This document shows positions 59,101-64,000 of a stretch of 64,000 nucleotides of DNA, in pieces. The notes under the pieces are model-generated. The model worked only from the letters and a program-made list of their open reading frames with translations, was not told where the DNA came from and searched no databases. A program made the position numbers and the translations under genes. The stretch is from Candidatus Cloacimonadales bacterium (GTDB lineage Bacteria > Cloacimonadota > Cloacimonadia > Cloacimonadales > JAIOQZ01), in assembly GCA_963674825.1 (NCBI GenBank), contig OY771587.1, forward strand, positions 2,720,001 through 2,784,000, given 5' to 3'. Every line of letters begins with the position of its first letter. Position 1 is the stretch's first letter.

Positions 59101-61608
59101 TTGCCCGGTTGAACCCATCACCAGCGCTTTGCGGTCCATGAACCACACCCTCAGATCTGGAAGCATAAAGACGGAGTCGTACATCTGAATGAGCTGGGTC
59201 GCAGTATCGAGATCGTTTATACGGAATGAGCTCCAGATAATACCGATAACGGCCATAATCCGTTGCTTTCCCGTGATAGATTTATTGAGCGCGATCTCGA
59301 ATTGCTCGCGTGCGGTTTGATATTTATCCAGCCCTAACTGGAATGTACCACGAATATAGTATTTTTCGAAGATGTCAGGCAACTCTTTGATTGTTTCGAT
59401 TCGCTCGAGTGCTTTCTGGATGAGGCCTGAGAGTTCAGCTTTCTCTGAAAAAACGGATAGGTCGTGCATGATTTCAGTGCTACTAAGCTCCACTTTTTCC
59501 GAGAAATCAATGGAGATCACTTCGCTGATCATGTAGAAAGCATCGTCCTGCATGTAGTGCTGATCGTATATCTGAACAAGGCGAAGTTTGTAGCGGCGCA
59601 CTTCACGGAAATCGCCAGCGAGCCTGGCATTATCGATGATGCCTCTACAAACGGCGATTTCATCAACCTCTTTATCGCTGTAGAAATCGACAACTTTCAG
59701 CGAAACCTCTTTGATCTCCTCATCCGAGCATTCGCTCAATAGACGTTGCTGTGCTTCCAGAAAGGCGAACTGGTAGAATTCATCACGAGCGACTAACACC
59801 TCGTTATTGAGTGCATCGTGAATCATGAAGAAGAAGGTCTTTTCGTCGATCCCGAGGATAGCCTGTACAAGCGATTTGGAGATGGGTGTTTTTACCGCAG
59901 ACAATTTTTGAAGATAGAAATAGACCTCTTCGGATAGATGCCCGAGGCGGTTGTAAACCGAGTGGAGCAGATGCTTTGGCAGAATATACTGGCTTGTATC
60001 GAGGTCCAAACTGAATTTTGCTCGTTTCCATATCTTTTTCTTATCCGTAAGGTCAATGAGTATATCGCGTACAAATACCGGAATACCGCTCGATCGTTTC
60101 CAGATAAAGCTGGCGAATGATTCCGGGACTTCGGTTTGTACAAGCTTTTCGACGTATTCTGTCGTCTGCTGACGCGAGAATGGCTCGATACGGAACTGGA
60201 TGGAGTGAATCAGGCCTTTGACCTTGCTCGGGTCATCGACACTGATAATAACCAGAATCTTACGCTCGATCATGTCTTTGGAGATCGAGTTCACGAAGTC
60301 GATGGTCTCACGAGTGAGGTATTGCCCCGCGCGAATAATGTAGATCAGCGGTTTATCTTCCGAGAGGTGGAAGAGGAAGTTGCGTGTCGAGGCAAAGTCC
60401 AGCCTCAGTTCTTCTTTGTTTTCGGTGAGTTCGCCGGCTGACTCCTCCGACTCGTAGAGGTATTTCCTCATCTTCTCTGAAATGTTCTTGAGGTCGGCAG
60501 ATAGCTTCTCGTTGGTCTTCATCGAGGAATAAAATTCTTTGATGAGAGCGAAGAATGGATCGGTATTGGTAGCGCTACACTCATAGTCGAATATGAAGTA
60601 GTCGTCGTTGAGCAGGTGGTAGCGGAAGAGGGAAAGCATGTTGTTCTTTCCGATACCATCACCACCTATGACGACTACCAGCTTGCCGTTTCCACCTTCC
60701 ACAAGCGGGATGTAGTCCAGGAGCTGATGTGCGTGGGTTTCGCGCACGAAGTACGAGCGGAATTTGAGCATTGTAACCGCGGAGCGCCGTTGCGAGAAGG
60801 GGTAATTCTTCAGCTGGATGCGGTTGATATAGCTGATGATACTCTCAATATCTGGATAGCGGTCACCAGGATTTTTCTCGAGCAGCGTGAGGATGAATTT
60901 CTCCAACTGCGGTGGGATGTCGCGGTTCAGTTCGCGCGGGAATTTCGGGATGAACGTCTGCTGATTTCCCTGGATGAGGTTGGTGATCTGCTCCACAGAG
61001 AAGGGATGCATACCGGTGGTAATCTTGTAGAGCGTGACCCCGAGCGAATAGTAATCACTGGCGAATTGTGCACCCTTACCAAGGTAAATTTCCGGCGCGA
61101 CATAGGGCAGGGAACCGCTAATTGTCTGCTGGCTCTTCTGGAAATCGATTTTAGCGAATCCGAAGTCGAGCACTTTCACAACAGGTTTGTTGCGTACGAT
61201 GTTATACATGATGTTTTCGGGCTTAAGGTCTTTGTGGACGATGTTCTGAAGATGCAGTGCGTTGAGTGCATAGCAAATCTGGACGATAATATCGTAAAGA
61301 AGCTCGATATTATATTTCTTGAACTTGAATGAGCTGAGGGAGCGTCCTTCACAGAATTCACTGAGATAATAGATATGCTTACCCATGTTACCGAAATTGA
61401 CTACCTGCAAGAGATTGGGGTGTTCGATCTTGGTAATATGGTGCATATCTTCGGCTGAGAAGCGCTCGTAAAACGCCTCGGAATCAAGTTTTTGGAACAA
61501 TTTCAGTGCGTAGATGTTGCCCGTGCGGATGTCCTGGACCTTGTAAACCGTTGCCCATAGGCCAGTTCCCATGCGCTCGATTACCTCATACCGGGAATCG
61601 ATTATCAT
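56119..61608 (-). CDS. Ser/Thr kinase - AAA/STAND-like - TPR - GAF-GAF - HisKA - HATPase multidomain kinase
   Basis: ATG 61608 after GGAGG. YALKL, HKDLKPEN, DFG, YVAPE; degenerate P-loop GGDGIGKN; TPRs (YNNIGDL); GAF (SIYCAPI...GFLYLDN); SHELNTPL, DNGIGI, GLGLGLA. Confidence 0.9.
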   Translation of the reverse strand: MIIDSRYEVIERMGTGLWATVYKVQDIRTGNIYALKLFQKLDSEAFYERFSAEDMHHITKIEHPNLLQVVNFGNMGKHIYYLSEFCEGRSLSSFKFKKYNIELLYDIIVQICYALNALHLQNIVHKDLKPENIMYNIVRNKPVVKVLDFGFAKIDFQKSQQTISGSLPYVAPEIYLGKGAQFASDYYSLGVTLYKITTGMHPFSVEQITNLIQGNQQTFIPKFPRELNRDIPPQLEKFILTLLEKNPGDRYPDIESIISYINRIQLKNYPFSQRRSAVTMLKFRSYFVRETHAHQLLDYIPLVEGGNGKLVVVIGGDGIGKNNMLSLFRYHLLNDDYFIFDYECSATNTDPFFALIKEFYSSMKTNEKLSADLKNISEKMRKYLYESEESAGELTENKEELRLDFASTRNFLFHLSEDKPLIYIIRAGQYLTRETIDFVNSISKDMIERKILVIISVDDPSKVKGLIHSIQFRIEPFSRQQTTEYVEKLVQTEVPESFASFIWKRSSGIPVFVRDILIDLTDKKKIWKRAKFSLDLDTSQYILPKHLLHSVYNRLGHLSEEVYFYLQKLSAVKTPISKSLVQAILGIDEKTFFFMIHDALNNEVLVARDEFYQFAFLEAQQRLLSECSDEEIKEVSLKVVDFYSDKEVDEIAVCRGIIDNARLAGDFREVRRYKLRLVQIYDQHYMQDDAFYMISEVISIDFSEKVELSSTEIMHDLSVFSEKAELSGLIQKALERIETIKELPDIFEKYYIRGTFQLGLDKYQTAREQFEIALNKSITGKQRIMAVIGIIWSSFRINDLDTATQLIQMYDSVFMLPDLRVWFMDRKALVMGSTGQPSEAISMVEDFISRLEMNDDTNFLVRLGSLYNNLAFLYISQKSIDEANANFHRAREIWEKVNYVRSLGLVYNNIGDLALRQGDTQTAFDFFTKALDICEKVDQKRGQVLAYVNFGEAYIKLGEFQKAEASLNRAAKINKEIESLEYTYSIENNLALAKSKIKGFGHYYNFIQKTNPELIEGQIDSFNPLVKTYFYYLYQTGNISQINQLIQNNTNLEFTKLHEEEFQYQLIGLRFMAVGDWKEALSNLQKAKSYSERNKSAYAQAILNIREAECYIGMKLPEDASNALDRAQVMVDRYSFSYWKSSIDILRCDIDLQIKHIPLRKVLRHLLIQLEKVRGHEHFILEIAILKRLVRIYAELNAPVKAKAYFTELKETVAEVVKGIPEGDAKLFKLTMALDRDDYREIKMPHIDNRNKFYKEGWQEMLYDLFKLNEIDRMKFFIEKTITNLLAPESYAIILTEERQNKRDPFMTYNMDEATLFSESLDDLIDKALKENRIISRFIDGAHTVITPLRIRATMVGCLIIADAGELDFKGVEMRMIKALKLHLTSILMRIKEYGELSEKMKMLQKLMQVEQELFSIYDIGKLETEIVAFAINFTRYSRGFLIKKDEYGNYVYQVAMDDKNQILSEWVNISKTLLSEVQMTREPIYTINAMADNTFKNSISVQDYQLHSIYCAPIYVDNELHGFLYLDNYNSSRKEVPLNKDFMRIMLIQVSIALKNARQYDALMKKNLELHTLDTVKDNFIAIVSHELNTPLVTLQGYVNRLRKEIDWQDEDQVKNITKVEESVHKLLTTTKDIVTLNKYSMISTIAKEETELRPLLEEISKKSELVSMDRHMHIQLEIPEDLPRVDLNWEACDLMIYNLVLNSIRFTKDFGKIVIGVRHSAFPREKIDERPSIVFYVQDNGIGIPAHEQENIFKKFYEVNDLWSHKSGFVEYRSSGLGLGLATSRRIAELHHGKIWIKSKEGEGTTVFIAIPLAGTRTLVSKRNTDN

Positions 61609-61691
61609 AAGTCCTCCCGAAAACATTTAATCAATTTACAATTGGCGGGATTCAATTGCTGTTGTCAAGGAATTCAGCCCAATAATGGCAT

Positions 61692-61817
61692 CCGCGCGCA
61701 TCTTCGTCCGATCGCTCCCACTCGCGTGGATATAATACACCATCAGACTACCGGATACGAGGATATGGTGTATAACACCACGCGAGCAGTCGCGAAACGA
61801 ACGAATCTGCTGCGCGG
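61692..61817 (-). ncRNA. Candidate structured RNA/ssDNA element, copy B (family unknown)
   Basis: Same conserved blocks and spacing as 42471-42608, with different but still complementary stems. Confidence 0.6.
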
Positions 61818-61932
61818 TGATTCGGGTATTGTGCTGAGAGCTGGAACGTAACCCTATGCTAACCGAAAAATTCATTGACGCCGCTGGAGCCCATTCTACT
61901 TTACGCCCAAACGTTAAATTGGGAGAAATCTC

Positions 61933-63369
61933 ATGCAGAAGATGCGAAAAAGCAGCCGTTGGTTGCAATGGATTCTACCGTTTTTGATGATGGTTCTGGC
62001 AGTGAATATCTCCGCCGAACAAGGCAAGAAGACCGAGGTGGTTTTCTGGCACGCGATGGGTGGTCCGCTTGGCGATGCGTTGATATCGCTGGTGGAAGAC
62101 TTCAATAGCACTCATCCCGATATCTATATCAAAGCGATCAACATGGGAAACTACTCCGCGCTTTCCACAAAGCTGATGGCGAGTATCCAGGCTGACGAGC
62201 AGCCGGATATCGCGCAAGCATTCGAATCGTGGATCGCGAACTTCATGGAGGCTGACAAGCTTGTGCCCATGGATGATTTTATCGCACAGGATGCCGAATT
62301 CCGCGCATCGCTGGATGATATTTTCCCCGTATTTATACAGAGCAATACGTTTGACGGGCGTCTTTGGGCGTTCCCGTTCAACAAGAGCGTCCGCGTGATG
62401 TACTACAATCGTGACGCCTTTTTCCGGCACGGACTCGATCCGTACTCCTGTCCCGAGACATGGGACGAATTTCGGGAGTATTGCCGGAAACTGACGGTCG
62501 ATGAAGACAACGATGGCGTTCCGGAGGTCTTTGGGACTACGTTCCCCGTGAGTGCATGGCAGTTCGAGAATCTGCTATTGCAGGCAGGCGGGGAAGTCAT
62601 GAGTCCCGACAACAGAACCCCTCTGTTCAATCAAGAACCGGGTGTGGAAGCGCTTAACTTCCTTTCCGCACTGCTGAACGAAGACAAGACGGCCTACCTC
62701 TCCACTGGCTACGAGGGTCAGAACGACTTTCTCGCCGGCAAGGTGGCGATGGTGGAAGGCTCGAGCGTTTCGATGGCGTACCTGCAACTGACCGGCATTA
62801 ACTTCTACATGGGAATCGGTCCCATCCCGGTCAGAGAAACCAAGCGCAATATCATCAGCGGAACGAACGTGGTGATCTTCCGTGGGCAGGATCCTAAGGT
62901 CGAGAAAGCAGCATGGGAATTCGTAAAGTGGTTTACCGAAGCACCGCAGACGGCGAAGTGGTCGTATGACACCTACTACATGCCGGTGCGAAAGAGTGCG
63001 TTTGACGAACCGGTCTTGAAAGAACGACTGGAGACATATCCCGAGATCGCGGCGGTCTATGACCAATTGAACTATTCGACGTTCGAGCCGCCGATCGCGG
63101 AGTGGTATTCTGCCCGTAAACAGCTTGAAGAGAATGTGATCGAGAAGGTTCTGCGCGGTAAGCTCAGTCCGCAGGACGCGCTGGACAAAGCCGCAGACAA
63201 GATCGAGCAGGAATTGAAGAGCACCGGTGAGAAAGGCGGTTCCAGCCACCGCAAGGTGAAAGAACACAGCTATTTTCTCGAACTGATGGTGATTCTGGGG
63301 ATGATTCTGGTGATCATCGCGATTGTCTGGCTGATCTCCTGGATCAAGAAACGGGCCGAGGGTTATTGA
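61933..63369 (+). CDS. Carbohydrate-type (CUT1/UgpB-like) ABC substrate-binding protein with a C-terminal membrane anchor
   Basis: VVFWHAMGG, PDIAQ, PFNKS..MYYNRD, PETWDE, AWEFVKW, plus a C-terminal hydrophobic helix followed by KKR. Confidence 0.9.
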   Translation: MQKMRKSSRWLQWILPFLMMVLAVNISAEQGKKTEVVFWHAMGGPLGDALISLVEDFNSTHPDIYIKAINMGNYSALSTKLMASIQADEQPDIAQAFESWIANFMEADKLVPMDDFIAQDAEFRASLDDIFPVFIQSNTFDGRLWAFPFNKSVRVMYYNRDAFFRHGLDPYSCPETWDEFREYCRKLTVDEDNDGVPEVFGTTFPVSAWQFENLLLQAGGEVMSPDNRTPLFNQEPGVEALNFLSALLNEDKTAYLSTGYEGQNDFLAGKVAMVEGSSVSMAYLQLTGINFYMGIGPIPVRETKRNIISGTNVVIFRGQDPKVEKAAWEFVKWFTEAPQTAKWSYDTYYMPVRKSAFDEPVLKERLETYPEIAAVYDQLNYSTFEPPIAEWYSARKQLEENVIEKVLRGKLSPQDALDKAADKIEQELKSTGEKGGSSHRKVKEHSYFLELMVILGMILVIIAIVWLISWIKKRAEGY

Positions 63370-63408
63370 TCGTAAATAATAATGATAATGAGATAAAAAG
63401 AGGATACT

Positions 63409-64000
63409 ATGGCTAAAGAAAAGCTTGAAATCAGGTTTCCCGATGGAAACGTGAAAGAATATCATAACGGCGTAACGCCGCTGGAGATCGCTGAGGGAAT
63501 CAGCGAGAATTTCGCGCTACGTGCAATCGCCGCTGAAGTCAACAAGAAGCTCGTCGATATGATGGAGCCGATTACGGAAGATGCAGAGATTCTCTTCCAT
63601 ACATTCGAAAGCGAAACCGGTAAGGATATCTATTGGCACAGCGCATCTCACCTGATGGCGCAGGCCGTGAAACAATTGTTCCCTGATGTCAAAGTGGGTA
63701 TCGGGCCGTCAATCGAGAACGGTTTCTACTACGATTTCGATCGCGAACAGGCCTTCACCGACGAAGAGCTTGAACAGATCGAAGAGCGTATGAAAGAGCT
63801 GTCAAAGGAGAAATTCCCTTACCAGCGTAAGGTGGTGAGTCGCGAGGAAGCGCTCGAGATCTTCACAAAGATGGACGAACCCTATAAAGTCGAATTAATC
63901 CAGGCCCTCCCCGAGGGTGAGACGATCTCGACCTACACACAGGGTGACTTCATTGACCTTTGCCGCGGACCGCACGTGTTGCACACCGGTAAGATCAAAG
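63409..64000 (+). CDS. thrS: Threonyl-tRNA synthetase (5' part, runs off the window)
   Basis: My translation, not in the ORF track: MAKEKLEIRFPDG (TGS), YWHSASHLMAQAV, IGPSIENGFYYDF, DLCRGPH. Confidence 0.96.
   Translation, partial: MAKEKLEIRFPDGNVKEYHNGVTPLEIAEGISENFALRAIAAEVNKKLVDMMEPITEDAEILFHTFESETGKDIYWHSASHLMAQAVKQLFPDVKVGIGPSIENGFYYDFDREQAFTDEELEQIEERMKELSKEKFPYQRKVVSREEALEIFTKMDEPYKVELIQALPEGETISTYTQGDFIDLCRGPHVLHTGKIK

Noticed and set aside
63370..63408. T-box riboswitch before thrS
   Set aside because: The gap is only 39 nt, with no T-box motif or terminator.

Overview
Bacterial chromosomal window of about 50% GC, read in the standard genetic code, with about 50 protein-coding genes. 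Several proteins end in an 'FPNPFNP..I.F.L...I(F/Y)N..GQ.V' FlgD-Ig-like tail, and TPR histidine kinases are present. These features suggest an FCB-group anaerobe, most plausibly Candidatus Cloacimonadota (inference, not verified). Central metabolism: sucCD, split class I fumarase, pfkA, ppdK, arcC, guaB, psuG, and partial thrS. Signalling is dense: hybrid and TPR kinases, two proteins ending in a HisKA-only domain, a STAS-kinase fusion, and a Ser/Thr kinase-AAA-TPR-GAF-histidine kinase of about 1830 aa. The rest is transporters, glycosyltransferases and two secreted CTD-bearing proteins. I saw no rRNA, tRNA, CRISPR array, integrase or transposase. Most striking non-coding signal: two diverged copies (about 42471-42608 and 61692-61817) of a long hairpin of about 130 nt. 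Its stems covary, its loops and bulges are conserved, and its G-U and tandem G-A pairs point to the minus strand, so it is a candidate undescribed structured RNA or ssDNA element. Other highlights: a circularly permuted amino-acid-binding lipoprotein, a REP-flanked accessory islet, a 16-bp direct repeat that duplicates a -35 box around a GNAT gene, and promoters with a near-perfect TTGAC(A/G) but no TATAAT.
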